A model generated the notes under the pieces. That model was not told where the DNA came from. It saw only the letters and a program-made list of their open reading frames with translations, and did not search any database. The translations under genes were made by a program, and so were the position numbers. Positions 39,118-49,298 of a stretch of DNA of 57,330 nucleotides are shown in pieces. This stretch comes from an uncultured bacterium. GTDB lineage: Bacteria; Schekmanbacteria; GWA2-38-11; J061. Each line of letters opens with the position of its first letter. Position 1 is the stretch's first letter. The DNA is taken from the NCBI GenBank assembly GCA_964549305.1, contig CAZJVM010000009.1:1-57330 (forward strand), read 5' to 3'.

Positions 39118-41220
39118 TCATTGCTGAAAAAGGTCTTCTTCCTTCTTGTAGTAACTGTAATAATATTCGGAGTAATAATAATCAGAATCCTGCCTTCTGA
39201 CATCATTAAGAAGTACGCTTAATCTCTTGACATCGAGGTCAAGGAATTTTTTTGCGTTCTTGGCCACTATATTTTTCGGTGTTATTCCGCTTCTGACGAT
39301 GAGGCACACCGCGTCGGAAAATTTAGCAATGATTGCCGGGTCAGTTACGGGCACAACAGGCGGAGCATCGATAACCACTATGTCATAGTTGTCCCTGTAC
39401 GCGTTTATGAGGGGTGTCATTTTTACGGACATTAAAAGTTCCGCAGGGTTTTTAGGCACGGGACCGCTTCCCAATACGCTCAAATTCGCTATACTTGTTT
39501 TTGAAATAGCTGAAAAAGGATCACTGCTGCTGCTGTTTCCAAGCAACAGGCTCAGGCCGAATTTATTTTCGAGTTTAAATACATCGTGTATTCTCGAACG
39601 CCTCATATCTCCGTCTATGAGCAATACCTTTTTTTCTCCCTGCGCCATTGCTATGGCAATGTTTATGGCAGTAACCGTTTTACCTTCTCCCGGAGTCGAA
39701 CTTGTGATCATAATGACTTTAGGCGGGACTTCCGACGAAAAGAGTATATTTGTCCTCACAGCCCTGTAACATTCGGAAACAGTCGATTTCGGCTGTATAT
39801 ATGTAATCAGTTCGGGAGTCATCTTTTGTGTTTTTTTCCTGAAATAGCTGTTTATATTGGGAACAAATCCCATAAGAGGAAGATTTAAATAATGCTCAAC
39901 ATCTTCTATTGTCCTTATCGTATCATCGAGGTATTCAAGGAACATGGAAAAACTTATGCCAAGGATTAATCCCACAACCGTTCCAAGCAGGAGATTACGC
40001 GGCACATTGGGACTTACCGGCCTGTTCTGAACAGTTGCCTTGTCAACAAGGCTTATATTGTTAAAACGCATACTTCCCGTAACATTGATTTCGCCTGCCC
40101 TTTTCAGAAGATAGTCATAAAGGTTTCGGTTAATATCAACTTCACGGTTGAGAATATTGTACTGAATAGACCTTTCAAGCAGTGCAATTGCCTGATTGTT
40201 AAGTTCGATTTTTCTTTCTTTAAGGAGCTGATTCTTTGCTCTTATAAGATCATATTTATTGTTTATTCTGTTAATAACCTTCTCTATTTCGGAATCGATA
40301 TTACCGTTTATGGCTTCAATCTGAGCATTAATTTTTTCAACTTCAGGATGTTTTTCTCCAAACTCCGTCTTTATCTTAAACAAGTTCTGCTTCAATGTAT
40401 ACACCTGATTACGCATAGATTGAACGCTTGTTCCCTGTAAAACCTGGGGAAGAGTAGTTTCGTCAATTTCTATGTTTCTTTTCTGAAGATCCCTGATCTG
40501 TTTAAGGGATATTTCAAGTTCGAGTTTTTGGGAGCGTAGGCTGTTTAACTCCGATGTAACCTGTCTAAGTTCCGATATAACGGAGCTTTGCCTTTCTTCT
40601 ATCCTTGGTGAGATAATTTGCTTCTGCTCTCTATATTTCTGTAGGTCAAATTCGGCTTTTTTCATCTTTACGATTACAGACGTAAGCTGATCATCAAGCC
40701 AGCTCGAGGCCGTTTTATAACTGTTCACCTTGTCCTCAAGACTCTTGGTGATGTACACATCCGTCACTATGTTCACAAGGCGCGCCACCTCTTTAGGATC
40801 AGGGCCTATCATAGCAAGATCCACGAGAGTGGTCCCTTTTACGGGAGCGACGATAATCTTTGATCTAATCTGATCAGCCCGTGCTATTCTTTCTTCTTCC
40901 GTAAGGTTTTCGTTGGGGTAAAGACGGTCTACCACTTCAAAGGCAACCATTCGGCTTTTGACTATTTCATACTGGGTTTCATAGAATTCATTGTAGCCGG
41001 AAAATTTATTTATATCCTGAAAGGAAACTATGTTGCTCGCTGAATATTCAATTAAAATCCTCGAGCGCGCGGCGTACAACTTACGCTGTTTAAATGTTGC
41101 AATGGAAACTGAAACCAGCACGAATATGGCAATGAGGGCTATCGTCCAAATCCGCTTCCTCAAGATGTATATATAATCTTTAATTGTAAGCTTAGTTTCT
41201 GTTTTTTTCTCGATTTCCAT
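39118..41220 (-). CDS. wzc: polysaccharide co-polymerase / tyrosine autokinase Wzc
   Basis: Two TMs flanking a coiled coil; Walker A GEGKT, DGDMRR, Walker B VIDAPP; C-terminal Tyr cluster YYYSEYYYSYY. Confidence 0.93.
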   Translation of the reverse strand: MEIEKKTETKLTIKDYIYILRKRIWTIALIAIFVLVSVSIATFKQRKLYAARSRILIEYSASNIVSFQDINKFSGYNEFYETQYEIVKSRMVAFEVVDRLYPNENLTEEERIARADQIRSKIIVAPVKGTTLVDLAMIGPDPKEVARLVNIVTDVYITKSLEDKVNSYKTASSWLDDQLTSVIVKMKKAEFDLQKYREQKQIISPRIEERQSSVISELRQVTSELNSLRSQKLELEISLKQIRDLQKRNIEIDETTLPQVLQGTSVQSMRNQVYTLKQNLFKIKTEFGEKHPEVEKINAQIEAINGNIDSEIEKVINRINNKYDLIRAKNQLLKERKIELNNQAIALLERSIQYNILNREVDINRNLYDYLLKRAGEINVTGSMRFNNISLVDKATVQNRPVSPNVPRNLLLGTVVGLILGISFSMFLEYLDDTIRTIEDVEHYLNLPLMGFVPNINSYFRKKTQKMTPELITYIQPKSTVSECYRAVRTNILFSSEVPPKVIMITSSTPGEGKTVTAINIAIAMAQGEKKVLLIDGDMRRSRIHDVFKLENKFGLSLLLGNSSSSDPFSAISKTSIANLSVLGSGPVPKNPAELLMSVKMTPLINAYRDNYDIVVIDAPPVVPVTDPAIIAKFSDAVCLIVRSGITPKNIVAKNAKKFLDLDVKRLSVLLNDVRRQDSDYYYSEYYYSYYKKEEDLFQQ

Positions 41221-41248
41221 AATCTGACACTATCGGTTAATTTTTATA

Positions 41249-42250
41249 TCATTCGGAATAAAAAATGCTTTTCGGTACTATTATAGAATCTCCGTCTCTG
41301 ATAGTAAGTTCTTCCAGTTCGTTTTTAAACCTTTCGGATTTTGCCGACAACCCCTTTTCCAATCCTTTTCTTATCTTTTTTACATTTACGACAACAACTT
41401 CTTTACCGCCGCTTCTGTTAAGCTTCACTGCAGTTTCCCTTGCCGCTCTCGTAAATCCTCCCGCAACGACAATCGCCTGATAAATATTATAGTCTTCATC
41501 AAGGGGATAATATCCTTCTTTCCCCACTTCTCCGCTTATGAAAAATTTTGCCTCGGGAATATCAATAACATCTTGTTCCCTTAAAACTATATTATTTTTT
41601 ATCTCACCATTTTCAACGGGAATCTTAATTTCTCTCACACTCTGCCCGCTTTCGGTTTTTTCAATCCTTTTAATTAAAATTGAATTTCCGGCGGTCTTTT
41701 TTAACCCGCCCAACTGGGAAATAAATTCAAAGAGCGTTGTCTGTTTTCTAAGAAAATATTTCCCGTCCTTTTCAGCTTCACCCGTAACGAATATCTTTTT
41801 GCTCTTATATTCCTTTATAGTAACAAACACCTGAGGATTTGTAACATAACCGTCGGCAAGCAAAGATGCTACTTTGTCGGCTATTTCGCTTGCCGTTAAA
41901 CCTTCCACATATATTTTTTTAAAAAAGGGATAGTTAATTGTCCCGTCTTCGAGCACTTCCGCTTCAAAAGACAGTTCGCTGTGCTCCCAAACTTTCACAC
42001 CCAATACGTCTTCGTAACCGACTGTGTACCATTCCTTTTTTTCATCGATTACCAGTTTGTTCATTGAAAGCATTTCAGAATCGTTCTCATTTGCCATATC
42101 TTCGGCATTGCTTATTTCAACTACGGAGCTGTATCTTTTAACAATTACTCTGTCAGCGCGAAAAAAACCGCACCCTGATAAAACACCGACAAGAAAAAAA
42201 CACAGAACTGCACGAAAAATTCTTCTTTTTGAAAAAATCATAAACATCAT
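41249..42250 (-). CDS. short polysaccharide export (OPX/Wza-like) lipoprotein
   Basis: Lipobox LSGC; Poly_export domain YTVGYED.L...V.EDG.I.YP...GLT...NPQV; two SLBB repeats; ends DGDSIIVPKS. Confidence 0.88.
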   Translation of the reverse strand: MMFMIFSKRRIFRAVLCFFLVGVLSGCGFFRADRVIVKRYSSVVEISNAEDMANENDSEMLSMNKLVIDEKKEWYTVGYEDVLGVKVWEHSELSFEAEVLEDGTINYPFFKKIYVEGLTASEIADKVASLLADGYVTNPQVFVTIKEYKSKKIFVTGEAEKDGKYFLRKQTTLFEFISQLGGLKKTAGNSILIKRIEKTESGQSVREIKIPVENGEIKNNIVLREQDVIDIPEAKFFISGEVGKEGYYPLDEDYNIYQAIVVAGGFTRAARETAVKLNRSGGKEVVVVNVKKIRKGLEKGLSAKSERFKNELEELTIRDGDSIIVPKSIFYSE

Positions 42251-42280
42251 ATAATCATCCCTTCCCGTTCTAAAGAGCCA

Positions 42281-42309
42281 AAAATATTCTTATCGTGCCA
42301 TATTGTCAA
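42281..42309 (-). promoter_or_regulatory. sigma70-like promoter upstream of the wza-like gene
   Basis: Minus-strand TTGACA (42309-42304), 17-nt spacer, TATTTT (42286-42281). Confidence 0.45.
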
Positions 42310-42489
42310 GACGCAACCGATCCAAGTAAGGGAACAGCGGCTCACATCCAATATATCCTTTTTTTAAGGGTCAAATCAAAATATTTCTCATCTGATTCCA
42401 TTTAAAAAACCGGATACTTCTTTATTATGTACAATTAAAAAATACTCATCGAGCATTTTTTCACAATCTGTTAACAGATTTAAACCATA

Positions 42490-43803
42490 TTAAAGCTCAA
42501 AAGTATAAGTGAACGAAATACGGTTTCTTTTAAAATTTCCGAAGAAGCTTTTTCGGTCTTCGTGAAGATAACTGGCACTGATATTCATATCGTTGGAAAT
42601 TCTGAATGTAAGGCGTCCTTCAGCGCTCCACCTCTTGTCCTTCCTTTTATTACTCGTCAACGAAAAACCCCCGCCCTGAAATTCGTTAATTCCGTACCTG
42701 TATTCCACCTCACTGCTGATTCTTTGAAAAATTCTGTTTTCAAGCCTCACAGTGATATTTTTGAACACTGTATCGCCTCCCCGCTTCACGCCCGAAGTAT
42801 TCCTTGTCTTGCTTGCAACAAGGTCGATATCGGAGTTTTGAGTCAATCGCCCTCTCAGGGTAAGAAACATCGAAAGCGATCTTCTTGTATTTTCTGACCT
42901 GACATTCTCAAAAGTTGTGTCCGTCACTGTTCTGTTTACATTGTAGAAGAGTGAAAGTTTTTGCGTAAGGGTGAGAAAAGCCGAAGCCGCCCAGGTGAGA
43001 GTATCTTCTTCCGGTGATGTGCCGATTTGGGATGTTCTCTTTCCCGTTCCTATCTGTCCGGTGATTCTCAAAAAATCGCCCACTGCCTGCTCTATTCCGT
43101 AATGTATTTGCCTTGCCTGTGAGCCTCGGGAACGAACATTTTTATATATATTCCTTTGATACCAGTAACGGACGAACAAGTTTGTATCCTTTGTCGGCGA
43201 AACAGCAAGCCTCATACTGATATTATCAAGTTTTCTGTTATTCAATGAAAAAGGGAAAAAACCGCTGTCATTATCCACGTAGCGGTAATTCTCGTTTCTG
43301 TAATCTATGTTAAATTTAAAGAGCGTGCCTAAAGGAATGTACAGGTTACTCCTAAAACGGTTCTCTGAACGGTCTGTTCTGTCAAATCTTTCCTCTGTCA
43401 AAAAGGGGCTTAATTTCGTTGAGACAAAGTTATCTTCCAACATTAATTTCATATTTGCCGGAAGTTTCAATGTCATATCCCCATCGAAATAAGTCTCCAA
43501 AAATTTTGATTTTTCCCCGGTGGATTCAGAAAAATATCTGTAGGGACTTCGCACGTTAAAATTAATCTCCGCTATTCCTTCGTCGTATCTCAGGTCAATC
43601 GACGGATTCACATTAACATTGTATGCGCTCTCTTCCTTTTCCGTAAAGCGATAGTTGTCGTCGTAAGAATACGTTACGCTCACTTTGGGCGTTATTTTCA
43701 CTCCTGCTATCCCAAGTTTGGCATCAGCGTTCCCGGAGTACAAAGATAAAACAAAAAATATGAGGAATAACGCTGTTACAATTTTATCAAATTTTCTGAT
43801 CAT
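42490..43803 (-). CDS. outer-membrane beta-barrel protein associated with polysaccharide export
   Basis: Signal peptide ending ADA; P.V...YSYDDN; alternating beta-strand pattern throughout; C-terminal strand RNRISFTYTF; directly upstream of wza-wzc. Confidence 0.8.
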   Translation of the reverse strand: MIRKFDKIVTALFLIFFVLSLYSGNADAKLGIAGVKITPKVSVTYSYDDNYRFTEKEESAYNVNVNPSIDLRYDEGIAEINFNVRSPYRYFSESTGEKSKFLETYFDGDMTLKLPANMKLMLEDNFVSTKLSPFLTEERFDRTDRSENRFRSNLYIPLGTLFKFNIDYRNENYRYVDNDSGFFPFSLNNRKLDNISMRLAVSPTKDTNLFVRYWYQRNIYKNVRSRGSQARQIHYGIEQAVGDFLRITGQIGTGKRTSQIGTSPEEDTLTWAASAFLTLTQKLSLFYNVNRTVTDTTFENVRSENTRRSLSMFLTLRGRLTQNSDIDLVASKTRNTSGVKRGGDTVFKNITVRLENRIFQRISSEVEYRYGINEFQGGGFSLTSNKRKDKRWSAEGRLTFRISNDMNISASYLHEDRKSFFGNFKRNRISFTYTFEL

Positions 43804-43979
43804 TCGATTTTTTCAAATAAAATTCCGCTTACTATCGGTAGAAAAGACTGTATTTAAAAGATATATCAGATGATAACATCCAATGAAAGCATATTTAAAA
43901 CAACTGTCTTAGTGATATAAGTATTTGCGAATCGATAAACAAAAAATGAATAACAAATGTAGTGGCAGGCCAAAGCGGA

Positions 43980-45626
43980 CTAATCAGCGATGAATAAATC
44001 GCACACAAGGTTTGAAAGTTCGGCGGAAAAAACCTCATAATTTACCGAATAATCTATAGGGCTTTCTATAAGGACTACTTCATTCATTGCGAAGGCGTCT
44101 TTCAATACTTCAGATATATCATCCGCCTTTCCTATTCTCATACCTCTCGCGCCGTAACTTTCGGCATATTTAACAAAGTCCGGATTTGAAAAATCCAACC
44201 CGAAACTTTCAAACTTCATATTGCTTTGTTTCCATTTTATAAAACCGAATCCGTTATCGTTAAGAAGGAGGATGACAACAGGAACTTTATATCTCACCGC
44301 GGTTTCAATCTCCTGTGAGTTCATCATAAATCCTCCGTCTCCGCACACCGCGAGAACTTTTTTATGGGGCATTAACATTTTGGCGGCAATCGCCACGGGA
44401 AGTCCCGCGCCCATAGATGCAAGAGCATTGTCGAGCAACAGTGTATTCGGCTCAAAAGTCTTGTAGAGGCGTGAAAACCAAAGTTTATATATTCCGTTAT
44501 CGAGGGATACTATATCCGAAGCAGACAAAGCGTTTCTCACGGCAAAAACAATCTCCTGAGGCAAAGGAGGGTATTTTTTTTCATAATCTCCGTAAAGTTT
44601 CCCCTCAATTGATTTCTTCATATTCTTAAACAAGGGGAAATCCCTCCTGCCATCCAGTCTTTCCGAAATTGCCTCGAGGCAGTGGGAAATATCACCTATT
44701 ATCTCTACATGTGGGTTAAAATACCTGTCCGGTTCGGACTCGACGAAATCTATATTTATGATTTTTTTGTCATTGAAAGGATTCCAGATGTAGGGAGGAT
44801 ATTCGACGATACTGTAACCTACGGTAATTATAAGGTCGGCGCGGTCAATACCGCAACTGACATAATCTCTTCCGTGAATACCCATTGAATAAAGACTGAA
44901 TTCGCATTTATCGCTAATCACCCCTTTGCCTGCCTGCGTGTGAACCACATAAATTCCCGTCTTTTCCACAAACTTCATCAAATGCTTCGTTATCAATTTT
45001 CTGTTTGCTCCCGAAGACACGATAATGAGAGGACATTTCGCTTCTCCAATGAGTTTGGCGGCGTTTTCAAGGGCTTTATCATCAGGCGAAGGCCTTCTTA
45101 TGGGAAACCTTTTCTGAATTTGCGCATCCGTTTCCGAAGACGCTGTATCTTCGGGAAATTCAATGTGCACGGCGCCCGGGCGTTCGCTTTCGCAAACTTT
45201 GAAGGCATCGCGAATTACGGTGGGTATGGTGCCCGGGTCAAAAAGGGAAACAGCTTTTTTTGTGATTGGCTTCATCAAACTCACAACATCGAGAAGTTGA
45301 AATTTCCCCTGGCGGTTATCCTTCAGCGCTTTCTGCCCTGAAATCGAAACAAGAGGCGCGCCTATCAGTTGCGCGTGAGCTATCCCTGTTACAAGATTTG
45401 TCGCGCCGGGCCCCAGTGTGGAAAAGCATACTCCCGCTCTACCCGTAATTCTGCCGTATGTTGCCGCCATAAAAGCCGCGGACTGTTCGTGCCTTGTTAC
45501 GACAAGCTTAATGGAAGAGCGTCTGATTGAATCGAGAAAATCGAGATTCTCTTCGCCGGGAAGACCGAATATATGAGTTACGCCCTCTTCTTCAAGCTGT
45601 TTCACGAAAAGGTCCGATGATTTCAT
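43980..45626 (-). CDS. acetolactate synthase large subunit (TPP-dependent)
   Basis: FGLPGEENL, RHEQ, TLGPGATN, GDGGFMMNSQE...NDN TPP motif. Confidence 0.9.
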   Translation of the reverse strand: MKSSDLFVKQLEEEGVTHIFGLPGEENLDFLDSIRRSSIKLVVTRHEQSAAFMAATYGRITGRAGVCFSTLGPGATNLVTGIAHAQLIGAPLVSISGQKALKDNRQGKFQLLDVVSLMKPITKKAVSLFDPGTIPTVIRDAFKVCESERPGAVHIEFPEDTASSETDAQIQKRFPIRRPSPDDKALENAAKLIGEAKCPLIIVSSGANRKLITKHLMKFVEKTGIYVVHTQAGKGVISDKCEFSLYSMGIHGRDYVSCGIDRADLIITVGYSIVEYPPYIWNPFNDKKIINIDFVESEPDRYFNPHVEIIGDISHCLEAISERLDGRRDFPLFKNMKKSIEGKLYGDYEKKYPPLPQEIVFAVRNALSASDIVSLDNGIYKLWFSRLYKTFEPNTLLLDNALASMGAGLPVAIAAKMLMPHKKVLAVCGDGGFMMNSQEIETAVRYKVPVVILLLNDNGFGFIKWKQSNMKFESFGLDFSNPDFVKYAESYGARGMRIGKADDISEVLKDAFAMNEVVLIESPIDYSVNYEVFSAELSNLVCDLFIAD

Positions 45627-45815
45627 TTTATTGCCTCTTTTTTAAATGCCCTCATCATATTAACATAGATTACTTTTAACCATAAGAAACATTTTTTCAA
45701 GTTATCTTAAAAGGTTCGCGCCGCGCCCTCTTTAACCGAAAGTAATAAGGCGGGAGGAATAATTTGCTGGAAGTTTCAAAGGTTTTCACTGTAAAATTCA
45801 GATAAGGAAAAATAT

Positions 45816-47111
45816 ATGTCCAGAAAAACGCTAATCATATTAATATTTTTAACAGCTTTTATAATATCATTCACATACAATATCCTTTTATGCCGCGATG
45901 CCGAAGTCCTCACTCATTGGTCACAGCACATTGATGGACTGTTTTATCAGGCCATAGCGGAAACAATAGTCGAGCATGGCGTAATAGGATACAACGAGGC
46001 ACGTCCCACATCCTTTCGACCACCCCTTTACCCGATACTCCTGTCGGGAGTTTACCTTTTATTCGGGTATAACTTCCTTGCCGTTCGCGTTTTACAGTCA
46101 ATTCTTCACGCGTTAACCTCCATTCTCATCTTTTTAATCGGTGAAAAAATATTCGGAAGAAATGCCGGCACAGGAAGCGGATTCCTTTTTGCTTTAAACC
46201 CTTTTCTCATATTCTTTTCGGGGGAAATAGGAACGGAAACCCTTTTCACTTTTTTCACTGCGGCAACGATTTTTTCCGTTACCGTATTTATAAAATCAGG
46301 CAACAAAAAAATACTTTTTTCCGGCGCGGTACTTTTCGTTGCCGCAATGCTTACGCGTACCGTGCTTCTCGGATTTCTGCCTTTTCTTATACTCCTCATC
46401 TACTTCATCTCATCGAAGGAAGAGGGAAAAAAGAATGCTGTTATCTTCGCGCTGATTTTTTGCGTCGCGATTTTGCCGTGGGTTGTAAGAAATTATACAG
46501 TCCACAAACACTTTATAATCAGCGGTACAAATATGGGTCATAATCTCAATATCGGCGCATTAATGGAAGGAGTGGATTACGCGGAAGGACTTAAAAAATT
46601 CAAAAAGATTGCCGGTTATGATTATAAAGACCTTGAAAATCCGAAAAACAGGTCTCTTCCCGCGTCTGAATATGTTCTTCAGAAAGAAGGTATAGAAAGA
46701 GCGCTCGCTTTGATTTATGCGGACCCTTTGAAGTGGGTAAAGGTAAGAGCGTTGAACGCGTTCAACCTTTGGAGCAATAACTGGAAAGGCAATTACGCGA
46801 AAAAATTCAACAGGGAAAAGAAATCCTACATTAAAACCGTTTCACACTACTATTATCTCTTTATATTGTTGTTCGGCGTATTAGGCATTGCGGTATCGGC
46901 AACAGGGAGTGATATGAAAATCAGGCAATTCCTCTATATGACCCTCCTCCTTTTTATTTCCCTCACAGCGGCATACTGCATTTTCCAAACAGGTAAAAGA
47001 TACCGCGTGCCTGTAATTGACCCATATCTTGCCATTTACGCATCTTATTTTATCTGCACTGTAAAGGAAAAGATTTTGCCCGTAAAAAAGCCCTTTAAGG
47101 GAACTGAATAA
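45816..47111 (+). CDS. ArnT/PMT-like GT-C glycosyltransferase
   Basis: D...Y...A, RPPLYP, TETLF, LTR, PW.VRNY, RY..P. Confidence 0.8.
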   Translation: MSRKTLIILIFLTAFIISFTYNILLCRDAEVLTHWSQHIDGLFYQAIAETIVEHGVIGYNEARPTSFRPPLYPILLSGVYLLFGYNFLAVRVLQSILHALTSILIFLIGEKIFGRNAGTGSGFLFALNPFLIFFSGEIGTETLFTFFTAATIFSVTVFIKSGNKKILFSGAVLFVAAMLTRTVLLGFLPFLILLIYFISSKEEGKKNAVIFALIFCVAILPWVVRNYTVHKHFIISGTNMGHNLNIGALMEGVDYAEGLKKFKKIAGYDYKDLENPKNRSLPASEYVLQKEGIERALALIYADPLKWVKVRALNAFNLWSNNWKGNYAKKFNREKKSYIKTVSHYYYLFILLFGVLGIAVSATGSDMKIRQFLYMTLLLFISLTAAYCIFQTGKRYRVPVIDPYLAIYASYFICTVKEKILPVKKPFKGTE

Positions 47112-47137
47112 TTACTGTGTCCGTCTGTCACGCATTT

Positions 47138-48499
47138 CTATTTTACTTTATACCCGCCTGAAAATTCTTTAAACCAGTACGACACGAAAAAAAGCGCCAA
47201 AGGCGAGATATGCATCATCAGACGATGCATCGAGTCTGTCATCGTGGAATATGCCTCGGGATTTGCAAGATAAGTAAAAACAATCAATCCCAAATTAAGA
47301 TATACCGCGGCAACGAGAAACTGAATGAATACGTTTTTTTTCTTTATTATTTCCCCTGCCGAAAAAACGCTTAACACAAAAAATGATATCCATACGGCGC
47401 TTTCCCTGCATCTGAAGAAAAAGTGATATATTACGGTTTTTACAGTCTCCAAATCAGGGAAAGTAATATTGTATCTTGCCGACACGGTAATTCCATTCAC
47501 TTCGCAATAGGCATACCAGGGAATATAAAATATCAGGATAAAAAATACCGAAAGGAAAAAATATTTCCATTGCCCTTTTTCACGAAGAATGAAAATACCA
47601 AGCAGAAACAAGGCGCAAAAAACAAGTGTAACAGCTTCAAGCTTAATCCATATGGAAAGTCCCACAAGCATCGCTCCGAGAATAAAGCACTCATTAAGTT
47701 TTTTGTCTTTCATCCAGAACAAAAGCATTAAAAATCCCACAGAATAGGCAAAAGCAAGCGCCATATCGGAATAGGCGATATATGAATGCCTCAGAATCGC
47801 GTTATCAGTGAGAATAAGAAGCAATGTGAAGGCAAGGGAATGCAATCTCGAAAAACCGAATCTTCTTTGCAGCGCGTAAAAAGCGGAAAGAAGCGCAAGA
47901 AAAAAAAGCGGGAAGATAACCATCACCAGTCTGTCGTTTACCTCTCCCATAAAATTATATATCCACGTTTCCGCAAGGGGAATATAATTCGGATATTCGT
48001 TATGCAGGTCAAAGTTAAGATATGTGACTTCCCCGTTAACAAAGAAAATCTTGGACTTTATCCCCCAGTGCGCCATTGCATCCCATCCCTGCATCGGATA
48101 AAAGAGTGCCGCCAGAAACGAAAGAATCGCAAAGGCGCAGATAACAGCTAAAAGGAGGTATTCCAAAAACGGAATAATTCCTTTTTTCTCCCCTCCTTCG
48201 GAATTCGTTGTCTCTTTCGGGCAAAACAAAATACTCTTTTTTGAAAAAATCAAAATCGCAATAAAGAAAATATTCAGAATAAGTACTGCTATCAGGGAGT
48301 TGCCCAATGAAAAAGGAATATTAAAAAACGAAAGAAAAAGCATCGACAAGGTAACGACAGACAATCCCGCTACAAAAGAATAAAAGAGGTATTCCAGTTT
48401 GAAAAATCGCTTTTCAGCGGGAAGAATCAACTGAAGGAAAAGATATCCCGTAACCGTCGCAGTAATTAAGCTAAGCGCCGTCTTGATTAATATTGCCAT
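47138..48499 (-). CDS. GT-C-like (PMT-type) membrane protein
   Basis: P..WDA..HW..K.K.F, YP..P, AYSD, KLE, R...H..P. Start ATG 48499 with AAGGA (48505 possible). Confidence 0.72.
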   Translation of the reverse strand: MAILIKTALSLITATVTGYLFLQLILPAEKRFFKLEYLFYSFVAGLSVVTLSMLFLSFFNIPFSLGNSLIAVLILNIFFIAILIFSKKSILFCPKETTNSEGGEKKGIIPFLEYLLLAVICAFAILSFLAALFYPMQGWDAMAHWGIKSKIFFVNGEVTYLNFDLHNEYPNYIPLAETWIYNFMGEVNDRLVMVIFPLFFLALLSAFYALQRRFGFSRLHSLAFTLLLILTDNAILRHSYIAYSDMALAFAYSVGFLMLLFWMKDKKLNECFILGAMLVGLSIWIKLEAVTLVFCALFLLGIFILREKGQWKYFFLSVFFILIFYIPWYAYCEVNGITVSARYNITFPDLETVKTVIYHFFFRCRESAVWISFFVLSVFSAGEIIKKKNVFIQFLVAAVYLNLGLIVFTYLANPEAYSTMTDSMHRLMMHISPLALFFVSYWFKEFSGGYKVK

Positions 48500-49040
48500 T
48501 GTCATCCTTTAACCTGTAAAAAACCCATTCATTCTCATAGGCAACGGGCTTGAAAAAAATATTGTTTACAACATTTTCATAGGAAGGATTATACCTGTCG
48601 GGGACTGCAATAAAGCGTATCTGATTTTCCTTCATATAATCCAAAAGCTGTGGAAGCGTTTTTACATCCCTGTTGTAGTCTCCCCTTAAATAATAATAGG
48701 GATGAATAGTGGCGAGATTATCCACTCTCTCGAGAATATACGCCTCATGCTTCGGGTAAAGATAGTATCTGAGAATTTCACAATTATGCTCGTAATTAAA
48801 TCTCAGAATAGCTATCTTCTCACCGGGACGGTCAAGAAGCGAAAGGCATCTCCTTTCGAGACGGTTTATGTTGGCAAGGCGCACATCGTGATAACGGTAT
48901 TTCCCCTCGTATATGCGCTTCACAATGCCGGCAATTTTATAATATTGCAAGTGCAGGATTTCATAAGATGAAAAGAGCAGATTTATAAAAAGAAGCAGAA
49001 CTAAAATTAAAGAAATATTTCGTTTGTTTATTGACATCAA
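48471..49040 (-). CDS. hypothetical membrane-anchored protein
   Basis: N-terminal TM, RYYLYP motif, overlaps the downstream GT-C-like gene. Confidence 0.6.
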   Translation of the reverse strand: MMSINKRNISLILVLLLFINLLFSSYEILHLQYYKIAGIVKRIYEGKYRYHDVRLANINRLERRCLSLLDRPGEKIAILRFNYEHNCEILRYYLYPKHEAYILERVDNLATIHPYYYLRGDYNRDVKTLPQLLDYMKENQIRFIAVPDRYNPSYENVVNNIFFKPVAYENEWVFYRLKDDNGNINQDGA

Positions 49041-49298
49041 CGTGCTCCGGCAAGATATAAACCTTATATTATCGGATTCCGTTAACTATGAACTTTGGAA
49101 TAATCCGCCTTATAAAGACATAACATTATAAAAATTATAGCTTTACGCTTTCCGCAAAGTCAAGATGTTCGCTTTTTGCGGGATTCTTTTGAAATTGCAC
49201 TTTGTACAAATGACTTTAACCTTGACATTTTCCTGCAAATTCAGATTTAAAGGGTTAGAATATGAAATAACGTTAACACACTGTTTTTAATTTAAAAA

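Noticed and set aside
42284-42300. TGGCACG on the minus strand as a sigma54 promoter
   Set aside because: The -12 TTGC is absent (GAAT instead), and the sequence lies in the spacer of a good sigma70 promoter.
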